Assembly (NCBI GenBank): GCA_025055235.1 | Contig: JANWYN010000068.1 | Location: 43,630-107,629, forward strand | Direction: 5' to 3' | Length of the DNA: 64,000 bases | Source of the DNA: Candidatus Roseilinea sp. | GTDB lineage: Bacteria > Chloroflexota > Anaerolineae > J036 > Brachytrichaceae | Shown here: piece by piece, positions 19,498 through 29,825 of the stretch | How the letters are laid out: the number at the start of each line of letters is the position of its first letter | Numbering within the stretch: the first letter of the stretch is position 1 | Made by a program: the position numbers and the translations under genes | The notes under the pieces: generated by a model | Told to the model about the DNA's origin: nothing | The model's database searches: none | What the model saw: the letters and a program-made list of their open reading frames with translations, nothing else

Positions 19498-19543
19498 AGG
19501 GATTCGCGTCGTGATTGAGGTTGTGTGCGGCAGCCATTATCCA

Positions 19544-20404
19544 TCATGGGCCTAGGTTTGCTGTGGGCAGCACGGTCATCGCCGCCGCTGCCGCCAACGT
19601 GAGCGCGCTGACCGCTGCCTCGGCTGCAATGCTGATGCGAAAGCGGCGGGCGGCGTCGTATGCAGATTGCGCCCGCGCGCGCCACGCGCGAAGCTGTGGG
19701 CTGATGACGAACTGGTGAAATGCGCCGAAGCCGATCAGCACGGCGAAGAGGCCGGTCTTGACCAGCAGCGCGCGGCCGTAGTCGGTGTTGAGCAGCGCCT
19801 CGAAGCTGCCGACGAAGCTGGCGCTCTGCATGATGCCGGTCAAACCGACCACCAGCACCGACAGGATGGCCAGCGGCGAGAACTTCTCGATCGTCGCGCC
19901 GAGGTCGCTCAACAACTGGCTCTGGCGCAGCGCGACCGGCACGAGCACGATCGCGAAGTAAGCGACGCCGCCCAACCACACTGCGGCGAACGTGAAGTGA
20001 ATCCAATCGGCGAGCACCGGCAACACCCATTCCGGCCGCGACGCGCTGCGGCTCGACAGGCTTTGCGTAAGGATCAACGCAGCGCTCGCAGCGACCAAGA
20101 TGCGCGGTTCGTCGCGCTCGTTGCGCAGCACGAGCGCCATCCCACCCAACAACGCCAATTGCACTGCAAACAGGACGGCATCCCTCGTCGCTTCGGCGCC
20201 ATCGAGGAGGCGCACGACGAACTCTAAAGCGAACGCGACGGCGGCGAGCAGCATAGCCCACCGCATCAGACGAACGCGCGCCGGCGCTGCTTCCGCGCGC
20301 AGCGCTGCTGTTGCCTTCGTGCGCATCACCAACGGCGCAAAGGCGACCGCGCCGGCCAGCAGGACGAGGGCAGCGAAGACGAACCAACGCACCAGCAGGC
20401 TCAT
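19544..20404 (-). CDS. CopD-like polytopic membrane protein (putative copper resistance/export).
   Basis: About 8 predicted TM helices. Resembles the CopD family. The overlapping alternative frame 19494-20423 is Arg-rich and rejected. Confidence 0.5.
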   Translation of the reverse strand: MSLLVRWFVFAALVLLAGAVAFAPLVMRTKATAALRAEAAPARVRLMRWAMLLAAVAFALEFVVRLLDGAEATRDAVLFAVQLALLGGMALVLRNERDEPRILVAASAALILTQSLSSRSASRPEWVLPVLADWIHFTFAAVWLGGVAYFAIVLVPVALRQSQLLSDLGATIEKFSPLAILSVLVVGLTGIMQSASFVGSFEALLNTDYGRALLVKTGLFAVLIGFGAFHQFVISPQLRAWRARAQSAYDAARRFRISIAAEAAVSALTLAAAAAMTVLPTANLGP

Positions 20405-21249
20405 TTGTGCGCCACCACCCCAAACGCCTCCGGCCTAGGCGTGACCTGCTGAAAGCCGGCGCGCTTCAGGCGCTCGACGACGCCGCGCGCCGTACGGCTT
20501 CCGGAGGCGCTGTCCAGATCACCGATGTAATGAAACAGCCGGCCGCCCGGCTTGAGCACGCGGAACAATTCCGCATAGAAGTCGGCGGAATACAGCTCGC
20601 CGGCCAGCGCGAAGGCAGGCGGATCGTGAATGACGCGCGAGAAGTGCGCGTCGGCGAAGCGCCGCACCTCGTCGTAGCTGTCGCCGATGATGCGCGTGAT
20701 CTTCGGCTCGTCGAACAGCGGCTGCGACCATGGGTTGAGCTGCGCGATCTCCTGCGCCGCCGGGTCGAGTTCGATGGTGATTACTTCGTCGGCAATTTTG
20801 GCCGCCTCGATGGCGGTGTAGCCTAAGCCGGTGCACGTATCCAGCACGCGCCCGCGCGTCAGCGACGCGGCTTTGATCTTCGCCAGCGTGTCGCGATACG
20901 GATCGGTGTCCTTGATGCGGTGCATCGGCAGGCCGGAGATCAGCATCGTTGGCGCGAGCGGCGTCGGATACAGGCTGTAGGTGCGTCCGGTCGCTTGGGA
21001 GTAAGTTTGAATTTTCTCCGCGCCGTCGCCGATGCGATAGCAGCCACTCTCCGATGCCGCGATCTGCTCAATGATGGGCCAGGCGATCCGCCGTCCGTCG
21101 GGCAGGGTAATGCCGCCAGCGTCCAGCGTCACGTCGCAGTGCGAACGATTGAGGTCGAGCGAGGTACGCGCTATGGATTGACCGGCGCGTCGGGCTTCGA
21201 GCAGCGGCCGGGCCTGATAGTGCGAAAGCACGATGAAACCGAGTGGCAT
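20401..21249 (-). CDS. Class I SAM-dependent methyltransferase with a DPP-type motif (IHDPPAF); putative RNA/nucleic-acid methyltransferase.
   Basis: Motif [16 protein letters not shown], motif [10 protein letters not shown]. Stop overlaps the CopD-like start (ATGA). Confidence 0.6.
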   Translation of the reverse strand: MPLGFIVLSHYQARPLLEARRAGQSIARTSLDLNRSHCDVTLDAGGITLPDGRRIAWPIIEQIAASESGCYRIGDGAEKIQTYSQATGRTYSLYPTPLAPTMLISGLPMHRIKDTDPYRDTLAKIKAASLTRGRVLDTCTGLGYTAIEAAKIADEVITIELDPAAQEIAQLNPWSQPLFDEPKITRIIGDSYDEVRRFADAHFSRVIHDPPAFALAGELYSADFYAELFRVLKPGGRLFHYIGDLDSASGSRTARGVVERLKRAGFQQVTPRPEAFGVVAHK

Positions 21250-21285
21250 CGGGGCGGAGTGTATCGCAGCGCGACATGCGCTTTA

Positions 21286-21348
21286 CGCTTCACGTCTTGC
21301 GTCTTACGTCCTGCGTCGTGCGTCGTGCGTCGCGCGTCCTGCGTTTTT
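21286..21348. repeat. Heptamer tandem repeat RCGTCNT (about 9 units) in a divergent intergenic region.
   Basis: Reads acgcttc acgtctt gcgtctt acgtcct gcgtcgt gcgtcgt gcgtcgc gcgtcct gcgtttt. Same family as 12550-12597. Confidence 0.8.
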
Positions 21349-21378
21349 GCAACTTCTGCGATACTTTGCCTGCGACAT

Positions 21379-22374
21379 ATGGCCAACACAACATTCCTCG
21401 TCACCGGCGCGCTGGGCTGCATCGGCGCGTGGACGGTGCGCAATTTGGTGCAGGTGGGTGTGCGCGTCGTGGTGTTCGACCTGGGCAGCGACCTGCGCCG
21501 TTTGAAGCTGATCATGACCGATGACGAACTCGCGCGCGTGACGTTCGTGCGCGGGGACATCACCGACTTCTCGCAAGTCGAGAAAGCAATGAATGAGTAC
21601 GACATCACGCACGTCATCCACCTGGCCGGCCTGCAGGTGCCGTTCTGCCGCGCCAACCCGGTGCTCGGCGCGCAGGTCAACGTGGTCGGTACGGTCAACG
21701 TGTTCGAGGCAGCGCGGCGGCGCGAAGGGCGCACGCAGCGCATCGTCTATGCCAGCAGCGCGGCGGTCTACGACGTGGACGACGCCAAGCCAGGCGAGCC
21801 GGTGCCGCACGACGCCGCCGGCCATCCGGCTACGCTCTACGGCGTCTACAAGCTGGCCAACGAGGGCACGGCGCGCGTGTACTGGAAGGAGAACAAGCTG
21901 CCCTCGATCGGCCTGCGGCCGTACGTCGTATTTGGGCCGGGGCGCGACCAGGGCTTGACCTCTGCGCCGACCAAAGCGATGTTCGCTGCGGCGGTGGGCC
22001 GGCCGTATCACATCCCGTATGGCGGTCGCGCCGATTACGAGTACGCCGACGACACGGCCAAGACGTTCATCGCCTGTGCGACGATCCCGTTCGAGGGCGC
22101 AGCGGTCTATAACACGCCGGGCATCGTGCTGAGCATGCGGGAGGTCGTGGCGGCGATCGAGCAGGCGGCGCCGGAGCTGCGTGGTCGGATCACCTTCGAC
22201 GACAAGCCGCTGCCCTTCCCCGAGGAGATGGATGGATCGCCGCTGGAGCGGTTGCTCGCGCCGGTGGGCGGCGTGCCGCGCAAGCCGTTCGCCGAGGCAG
22301 TGGCAGAGACGATTGCCATCTTCAAACAGGCGGTAGCCGATGGGCGGATGGCGAGTGATGAGATGTTGAGGTAG
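21379..22374 (+). CDS. NAD-dependent epimerase/dehydratase family protein.
   Basis: FLVTGALGCIGAWTVRNL Rossmann motif, catalytic YGVYK. The ORF-track upstream extension is rejected. Confidence 0.8.
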   Translation: MANTTFLVTGALGCIGAWTVRNLVQVGVRVVVFDLGSDLRRLKLIMTDDELARVTFVRGDITDFSQVEKAMNEYDITHVIHLAGLQVPFCRANPVLGAQVNVVGTVNVFEAARRREGRTQRIVYASSAAVYDVDDAKPGEPVPHDAAGHPATLYGVYKLANEGTARVYWKENKLPSIGLRPYVVFGPGRDQGLTSAPTKAMFAAAVGRPYHIPYGGRADYEYADDTAKTFIACATIPFEGAAVYNTPGIVLSMREVVAAIEQAAPELRGRITFDDKPLPFPEEMDGSPLERLLAPVGGVPRKPFAEAVAETIAIFKQAVADGRMASDEMLR

Positions 22375-22395
22375 TCGGAGCAATTCCCCGAACTG

Positions 22396-22580
22396 TCAGC
22401 GGCTGTACTGCTCCGACGAGAGGATAACGTCAGCATGTGTGCGTCCAGAGAGTGCATACTCGCGCGCCAATTTCAGGTAATCGCCGGCGTTGCAGGACAA
22501 AATCGCCATGCCGCGGGATGTTGCGTAAGCGAGCTGTGATGTGTCGTCTGCGCCTAATGCCAATTGCGTAGCCAACCTGG
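22396..22580 (-). pseudogene. Truncated, degenerate remnant of a DUF5615 (PIN-like toxin) family gene.
   Basis: The minus-strand frame reads …LGADDTSQLAYATSRGMAILSCNAGDYLKLAREYALSGRTHADVILSSEQYSR*. This matches the conserved core of DUF5615 (…ASDEEILAYA..R.LVT.D.DFG.L…) as remembered from that family. There is no ATG, the N- and C-terminal parts are missing, and the acidic residues are substituted. Confidence 0.4.
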
Positions 22581-22607
22581 GCTAATTCGCCTTCAAACGA
22601 CATGTGC

Positions 22608-22678
22608 ATGTCATTCCCGCGAAAGCGGGAATCCAGCCACGCATAGCCTCTGGATGCCCGCGTTCGCGGGCATGACAT
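22608..22678. repeat. Nested palindromic element: two about 29-bp arms, each containing its own hairpin, in inverted orientation around a 13-bp spacer (MITE/REP-like or bidirectional terminator).
   Basis: Left arm atgtcattcccgcgaaagcgggaatccag, spacer ccacgcatagcct, right arm ctggatgcccgcgttcgcgggcatgacat. The arms are reverse complements apart from compensating changes that preserve each internal hairpin. Confidence 0.6.
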
Positions 22679-22827
22679 ACCTGCGGTTCTATAAGTTGGC
22701 AGCGCACACGGGTACAGAACGGCGTCCGGGGCACGGAACGACGTCCCGTGCCCTACCGTGCGATGGTTTGCCCCTATCCGCGAATGCACCCACGCACCCA
22801 GCCACACGCGCAGTAGCGTAGAATTGA

Positions 22828-24222
<1,395 letters not shown>

Positions 24223-24238
24223 TGAGCGCACGCCGGTC

Positions 24239-24721
24239 ATGGCTAAACTGATCCAGACGCCCGCCGAAGCGTTCGGCTTGCTGCAGCAGTACCGGCGCAT
24301 CGCAATGGTTGGGCTGAGCGGTAACCCCTTCCGCCCCAGCCACTTCGCTGCCGTGTATATGCTGGCCGAGGGCTACGAGATCATCCCGGTCAACCCGCGC
24401 GAGCGCGAGATTCTAGGGCGCAGGTGCTATCCCTCGCTGACCGAAGCAGCACAGGACCATGCTATCGAGATCGTGGACATCTTCCGCAACCCGAAGGATG
24501 TGCCGCCCATCGTCGAAGAGGCGATCGCCATCGGCGCGAAAGTGGTGTGGATGCAGCTCGGCGTCGTTAACGAGGCGGCGGCGCAGCGCGCGATCGAAGC
24601 CGGCCTGGACGTGGTGATGGATCGCTGCGTCAAGCTGGAGCACGCGCGCTTCTGCGGCGGCCAGAACCTGATCGGCCTGAACACCGGCGTGATCAGCGCA
24701 AAACGGCTGCGGCCGAGGTGA
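24239..24721 (+). CDS. CoA-binding domain protein (YccU/YneT family).
   Basis: IAMVGLSGNPFRPSHFAAVYMLAEGYEIIPVNP…IVDIFRNP…VWMQLG is a CoA_binding_2 fold signature. Confidence 0.7.
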   Translation: MAKLIQTPAEAFGLLQQYRRIAMVGLSGNPFRPSHFAAVYMLAEGYEIIPVNPREREILGRRCYPSLTEAAQDHAIEIVDIFRNPKDVPPIVEEAIAIGAKVVWMQLGVVNEAAAQRAIEAGLDVVMDRCVKLEHARFCGGQNLIGLNTGVISAKRLRPR

Positions 24722-24860
24722 CCGGCACACGCAATTCTGCCCGGCGACTCAAAGTCACGAGCAACGCAGGGTCCGCTGTCGCGGGATTAGGTCGTCCAGC
24801 CGATGAGGGGCGACTCCGCGCTGTGGAGCTCACGCTTGTTAGCCTGCGCTCCACTTGGGG

Positions 24861-25247
24861 TTATCTTCTTGGCTCAATATGAGCATACAGCCAATCCGTC
24901 AATCCTTCACGTTTCATCTCGCCCGATGCAATTCGGAGTATCACTCTTTCTTGTTCGTCCACCGTCGCGCGAATTTCATATCCATTCAACACAAGAAACG
25001 TTTCCATTGCAGCATGCGCTGTTCGCTTGTTGCCGTCTACAAATGGATGATTCTGAATGAGGGAAAAGGCCAGTGTTGCTGCTTTCTCAACAATCGTTGG
25101 ATAAAGCTCTTCTCCATCGAAAGTCATGCGTGGCTGTGCCACTGCCGACTCTAATGCGCCCAAATCGCGAATGCCTGCTATGCCGCCTGATTGTTGCATC
25201 ACACGTTTATAGATCTCCAACACCTCACGTAAGGTCAGATAGCGCAT
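24861..25247 (-). CDS. doc: Doc toxin (Fic/DOC family, death-on-curing).
   Basis: Fic motif HPFVDGNKRTAHAAM. About 125 aa. The 5' end overlaps the upstream small antitoxin gene (TAATG). Confidence 0.8.
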   Translation of the reverse strand: MRYLTLREVLEIYKRVMQQSGGIAGIRDLGALESAVAQPRMTFDGEELYPTIVEKAATLAFSLIQNHPFVDGNKRTAHAAMETFLVLNGYEIRATVDEQERVILRIASGEMKREGLTDWLYAHIEPRR

Positions 25248-25444
25248 TATGCTAACCGCCGATAGAGTTCAGCATTCTTTCGCAACACATACTCCAATGC
25301 CTTTCGAAACTCTTCTTCGGGACGAGCAAGCAATTCTTCAATGCTAACGCGCACTAACTCTTCGGGGGCTACTTGAAAATGTATGGCCATCTCTTGCAAC
25401 TTCTGCAAATGGTCATCAGACAAGGCGATGGTAATGGTGCTCAT
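25247..25444 (-). CDS. Phd-type antitoxin (RHH-like) partner of Doc.
   Basis: 65-aa protein immediately upstream of, and overlapping, doc. N-terminal beta-strand-like TITIALSDDHLQKL. Confidence 0.6.
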   Translation of the reverse strand: MSTITIALSDDHLQKLQEMAIHFQVAPEELVRVSIEELLARPEEEFRKALEYVLRKNAELYRRLA

Positions 25445-25607
25445 CTCGTTTCAACTCCTGTTTGCCGCAGGGCCTTGGCGCTCGGGACGCAGGCTAATCT
25501 ATGTTAGCCCCGCCGATGCTCTTCTACGGCAACCTCATTGAATTTTGCAGGATAGGTTCTTAGCTATGCCTATCATTTAGGCCGAAGTGCCTGTCCGCCA
25601 TTCGCAT

Positions 25608-27854
25608 CTACGCGCCGGCCGGTGAATGCGCCTCTTCGGATGCGTGTGCTTCGGGTGGCTCCGGCGTCGTTTCGCCCGTGCCGTTCAATGGCGGCGCCGG
25701 TGCTTCGGCCGATGCGCCGCTCCGCGCGGTGAACGCCGCGATCAGCTCGCGCCAGCGCTCGTCGAGGCCGTCGTCGGTGACGCCGTAGAACACCACGACT
25801 TTGCCGCTGGCGTCGCGGATCGCCAGGTCGGAGCGCATCTTGCCGGCGCGCATCTCTCGTGTGAGCACCGCGCGGTCGCCTTGCCACTCGATCTCCTCCG
25901 GCCCGCTCGGATGATCCGCGAACTGGGTGATGGCATAGTGCCACAGGTCGCGCGCGCTCTTCATCGTCACATTGCGGATGACCGAGTTGTTGCGCAGGTC
26001 GCGCACGGTGAAATAGACCACGCCGTTGCGCTCCTCCATTGAGAGCACTTGCACGCCGGTCTTCGGCGTGCCGGGAAGGGCGGATGCGCCGTTCTCCACC
26101 GGCAGCGGCTGCGCTGCAATCGTCACGGGCGCCGGCTCGGTTGGCTTCGGCTTATCTTGGCGCTCGCGCGGCGGTTGCGGCTGCGGTTTGGCAGACGGTT
26201 GACTCTGCTGCGGCAGGCGCTGTTTCGGCTGCTGTGGCTGCTGTTGTGGTTGCGGCTGAGGTTTGCGTTGTTCAGGTTGGCGTCGCTCCGGCTGCGGTTG
26301 CGGCGGTCGCTGTGGGCGACGTTCGGGTTGCTGCGGCTGAGCAAGCGGGCGTTGCTCCTGGGGTTGCGGCTTTTCATAGCCGCGCCGGGCAATCGCCACG
26401 ATCTCGTCGCGCGTCGCCGGCCGGCTCTCCGCACCCGAGCGCACGAAGAAGCGATCGCCGTCCAGCACGTAGGGCGCATCTTCGCCGCACGGCACTTGGA
26501 TTTGCAGCACGTCGGCGCCGTCCAGCGTGCGCACCTGTACCGGCGCCAGGAGCCGCGGGGCGATGCGCTTCTCCATCTCGAGCGACAACTTGTGCACTAC
26601 ATCGTGCGCATCGGATATGCCAGAGGCTTTCTTGTTGGGCTTGGCATCGCAGCCGATGAAGATGTTGCCGCCTTCGCCGTTGGCCATGGCGCAGATGTCG
26701 CGCAGCACCGCCTCGAACCGGTCGCCGCGCTTGGGCAACGACGCGTGAAAGGCAGCCGTCGCGCTCGGGCCGCGCTCGCGCGCTTTCACCAACTCATCCT
26801 CGGGCAGATCCAGCACATCGAAGACCGGCCGCACACGACCGAAGTCTTGGCTGAGGAAGACGTTGCGCAGTGCCTCGAAGCTCACCTCGTCGAGCTGGAT
26901 CTCCGTGGCGCGTTCGCCCACGCCCAGCCGCTTGGCGTTCTCCTTGGAGACGGTCAGCCGGTGGGCGTCGCTACCCTGAATGGCGAACATGCGGCGCGGA
27001 TATTCCGGCTTGATGCCGGTGAACAGGTGCGCGCTCGAATAGCGCCCCCGGTCGAGGTCGGTGAACTCGATGGCGTGCAGGTGAGGGTCTTGCGTGAAGG
27101 CGATGCGCGTTTGGCCGCCCAGGTTGAGCCCGCGCATGGCGACGCCGTTGGATGAATTGGCGTGCGCCGCGATGGCGATGCCGCCGGCTTCGTCAATCGC
27201 CTCGTAGGCCTGCAAGACGTCGCTGGTGGCGCCGGCTTCGGTCAGGCCCTTGTCCAGCGCATGGCCCGGCACGCGCAGATCCATCAGCACGCGCTCGATG
27301 TCGCGCAGCGGCTTATCCGGCGCGAAGATGCCCAGGATGTGGAATCCAAACGTCGCCGTGAATTCGAACCCCGGCAGCACCAGGATCTTCTTCAGCAGGC
27401 GGCGATACTCGTTCAAGCGGGCCAGCTCGTCCGGGCGGATGCGGTCGAGCTTCTCGAGATATTCGAGGTGCTCGATCTCGTTCATCATGTTGCGGTAGCC
27501 GTTCACCGTGTTGTGATCGGTGAAAGCGATGATGCTGAGGCCGCGCCGCTCGGCTTGCTTCAGGATGTCGAGATAGGTCCTGCCCGGCTCCTCGTAATCG
27601 TGCGAAGCCGGCGTGTGGATGTGCAAGTCAACGCGCTTCCACGAGCCATCGGATGGCGACGCAGGCGACTGGGGTTTTGCCTCGGATGCGCTTCCGGCGG
27701 CCTTGCTCGTGCGGTTGTTCCGGCGCGATGATGAACTTCGCGTGGCTTGAGCTTTGGACTTCTTCTCGGATTTGGTATTCGTCGTTCTCGTCGTCTTGTC
27801 GTGCTGCGATTCTTCCGACACTACGGCAGTGGCTTCTTTCTTCTTTCTAGCCAT
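25608..27854 (-). CDS. Multidomain protein: basic K/S/T-rich N-terminal tail, PHP phosphoesterase domain, AlbA_2 (Schlafen-like putative DNA-binding) domain, PQ-rich linker and a C-terminal domain of unknown function.
   Basis: PHP motifs VDLHIHTPASHDY, IAFTDHNTV, GSDAH. AlbA_2-like block LPKRGDRFEAVLRDICAMANGEGGNIFIGCD. Linker PQPQEQRPLAQPQQPERRPQRPPQPQPE…. Start trimmed to ATG at 27854. Confidence 0.7.
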   Translation of the reverse strand: MARKKKEATAVVSEESQHDKTTRTTNTKSEKKSKAQATRSSSSRRNNRTSKAAGSASEAKPQSPASPSDGSWKRVDLHIHTPASHDYEEPGRTYLDILKQAERRGLSIIAFTDHNTVNGYRNMMNEIEHLEYLEKLDRIRPDELARLNEYRRLLKKILVLPGFEFTATFGFHILGIFAPDKPLRDIERVLMDLRVPGHALDKGLTEAGATSDVLQAYEAIDEAGGIAIAAHANSSNGVAMRGLNLGGQTRIAFTQDPHLHAIEFTDLDRGRYSSAHLFTGIKPEYPRRMFAIQGSDAHRLTVSKENAKRLGVGERATEIQLDEVSFEALRNVFLSQDFGRVRPVFDVLDLPEDELVKARERGPSATAAFHASLPKRGDRFEAVLRDICAMANGEGGNIFIGCDAKPNKKASGISDAHDVVHKLSLEMEKRIAPRLLAPVQVRTLDGADVLQIQVPCGEDAPYVLDGDRFFVRSGAESRPATRDEIVAIARRGYEKPQPQEQRPLAQPQQPERRPQRPPQPQPERRQPEQRKPQPQPQQQPQQPKQRLPQQSQPSAKPQPQPPRERQDKPKPTEPAPVTIAAQPLPVENGASALPGTPKTGVQVLSMEERNGVVYFTVRDLRNNSVIRNVTMKSARDLWHYAITQFADHPSGPEEIEWQGDRAVLTREMRAGKMRSDLAIRDASGKVVVFYGVTDDGLDERWRELIAAFTARSGASAEAPAPPLNGTGETTPEPPEAHASEEAHSPAGA

Positions 27855-28223
27855 ACAAAGCAATTACAAATATGCAACTCAAAATACAGGCGCCGACACA
27901 ATTCAGAGGGAACACAGCCCAAAATCAAATTCGCCGGTGAGCCTGAAATCCTCGACCACATTCGACCTCAGCGAGATGAGCGATGGCTGAGCGAGCGAAT
28001 ATGGTTCTTCACCCGCATTATACATATCGCCTGTATCCTATTCACCAAACGAAACGGGTGCACTTACCAAAGTAGGGCACGGGTAGGCGTGACCCTTGTG
28101 GTCATCCGCAACATACCCGAACGGACGGCCGTGCAGGGCTGCCTTGCAAGAGAGTGCACCCTTCACCGGACGAAGCGGCTGGACGCTGGCGGGTCGTCCG
28201 GGGTGCGAAGCACAGGAGGACAC

Positions 28224-29660
28224 ATGCGCACTAAGATCGTCTGCACCATCGGGCCGGCGAGCGAGGACGAAGCGGTCTTGCGCGGCATGATCCGCGCCGG
28301 CATGCACGTGGCGCGGTTGAACTTCTCGCATGGCAGCCGGGCCGACCATGAGCGGCGTATTGCCCTGGTGCGCCGGGTGGCTACCGAGGAGCGCGCCAGC
28401 GTCGCTCTGATGGGCGACCTGCAGGGCCCGAAGTTTCGCATCGGCCGGCTGACCGGCCAGGGCATCGAGCTGAGACGCGACCAACAGGTCATCCTCAGCG
28501 ACCATCCCAACGGCGCGGCCATCCCCCTGCCGCATCCCGATCTACTGGCCGCCATCCAGGTGGGGCAGCGCGTGCTGATTGACGATGGCGCGATGGCACT
28601 ACTCGTCACGCATCGCGTTGACGAGACCACCATCGCGTGTAGCGTGCTCAACGGCGGGCTGCTCACATCGAATAAGGGCGTGAGCGTGCCCGGCCTGAAG
28701 ATCGCCACGTCGGCGCTCACGCCCAAAGACCGCGACGATGTGCAGTTTGCCATCGCGCAGCGCATAGACGCGCTGGCGATGTCGTTCGTGCGCAGCGCCG
28801 AAGACGTGCGCGAGCTGCGCCGGCTCATCCACGACTCGGGCGGCGATCAGCTCATCGTCGCCAAAATCGAAAAGCCCGAAGCGCTGGACGACCTGCCGAA
28901 CATCGTGCGCGCGAGCGACGCCGTCATGGTGGCGCGCGGCGACTTGGGCGTGGAAGCGGCGCCGGAGGAAGTGCCGTTCTACCAGAAGCGCATCATCCTG
29001 ACCTGCCTGCGCGCCGGAAAGCCGGTCATCACCGCTACGCAAATGTTGCAGAGCATGATCACCTCGCCGCAGCCGACGCGCGCCGAGGCCAGCGATGTGG
29101 CCAACGCCGTGCTGGACGGCACCGACGCGGTGATGCTGAGCGGCGAGACGGCGGTGGGCGAATTTCCCGTGCAAGCCGTAGAAGCGATGGCACGCATCGC
29201 CGCGCGCGCCGAAGCGAGCATCATCTACCGGCCGGGTGCGCTGCTCGCAGAAGTGCGCGACGCGCTGGCCGACGACGACACCACCGACCACAAGACCGAC
29301 GCCATCACCACTGCCGCCGTGCGCATCGCCGAGACGATCGGTGCGAAGGCCATCGTGTGCGCGTCGGCATCCGGGTTCACGGCGCGCATGATCGCACGGC
29401 ATCGCCCTGCCGTGCCGATCGTGTGCCTGACGCCACACGAACGCACCAAGCGCTACAGCGCGTTCATGTGGGGCGTGCAAGCGGTGATCGCGGAGACGCG
29501 CAAAACGGATGCCGACACGCTGTTCGAGGCGGCATGCGACGCAGCGCAATGGCTGGGCTGTGCACAACCCGGCGATACGATCGTCGTGACTGCCGGCTTG
29601 CCGCTGGGCAGCGGATCGGGGCACACCAACGTCATCCGGCTGATGGAAGTACGGGCGTAG
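28224..29660 (+). CDS. pyk: Pyruvate kinase.
   Basis: MRTKIVCTIGPAS…, MVARGDLGVE and the rest are PK blocks. RBS AGGAGGA precedes ATG 28224. The long in-frame upstream extension in the ORF track is rejected. Confidence 0.9.
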   Translation: MRTKIVCTIGPASEDEAVLRGMIRAGMHVARLNFSHGSRADHERRIALVRRVATEERASVALMGDLQGPKFRIGRLTGQGIELRRDQQVILSDHPNGAAIPLPHPDLLAAIQVGQRVLIDDGAMALLVTHRVDETTIACSVLNGGLLTSNKGVSVPGLKIATSALTPKDRDDVQFAIAQRIDALAMSFVRSAEDVRELRRLIHDSGGDQLIVAKIEKPEALDDLPNIVRASDAVMVARGDLGVEAAPEEVPFYQKRIILTCLRAGKPVITATQMLQSMITSPQPTRAEASDVANAVLDGTDAVMLSGETAVGEFPVQAVEAMARIAARAEASIIYRPGALLAEVRDALADDDTTDHKTDAITTAAVRIAETIGAKAIVCASASGFTARMIARHRPAVPIVCLTPHERTKRYSAFMWGVQAVIAETRKTDADTLFEAACDAAQWLGCAQPGDTIVVTAGLPLGSGSGHTNVIRLMEVRA

Positions 29661-29825
29661 GGTGCATTCTTGTAGGGGCCGTTGCGCGGCGATTGGAAAT
29701 CGCGCGCTACCCAGCGCGAAGTCGCCCTTCAGCAACCGGCGATCCCATCTGCGGAGACGGACTTTGCCCGGCGTTGTCCACGACTCTGAGTCGCTGGGCA
29801 GAATCGCATAGGCGCCTCCGCTACA

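Noticed and set aside
19494-20423. Alternative 309-aa frame overlapping the CopD-like gene.
   Set aside because: It is an Arg-rich translation. The other frame gives a coherent 8-TM membrane protein.
20920-21378. N-terminal extension of the epimerase ORF (484 aa in the ORF track).
   Set aside because: The extension covers the RCGTCTT repeat array and the divergent gene's 5' end. A conserved Rossmann N-terminus begins at ATG 21379.
27747-28223. N-terminal extension of pyk (637 aa in the ORF track).
   Set aside because: Canonical pyruvate kinase starts at MRTKIVCTIGPAS with a strong RBS. The upstream frame is AT-rich non-coding DNA that happens to be open.
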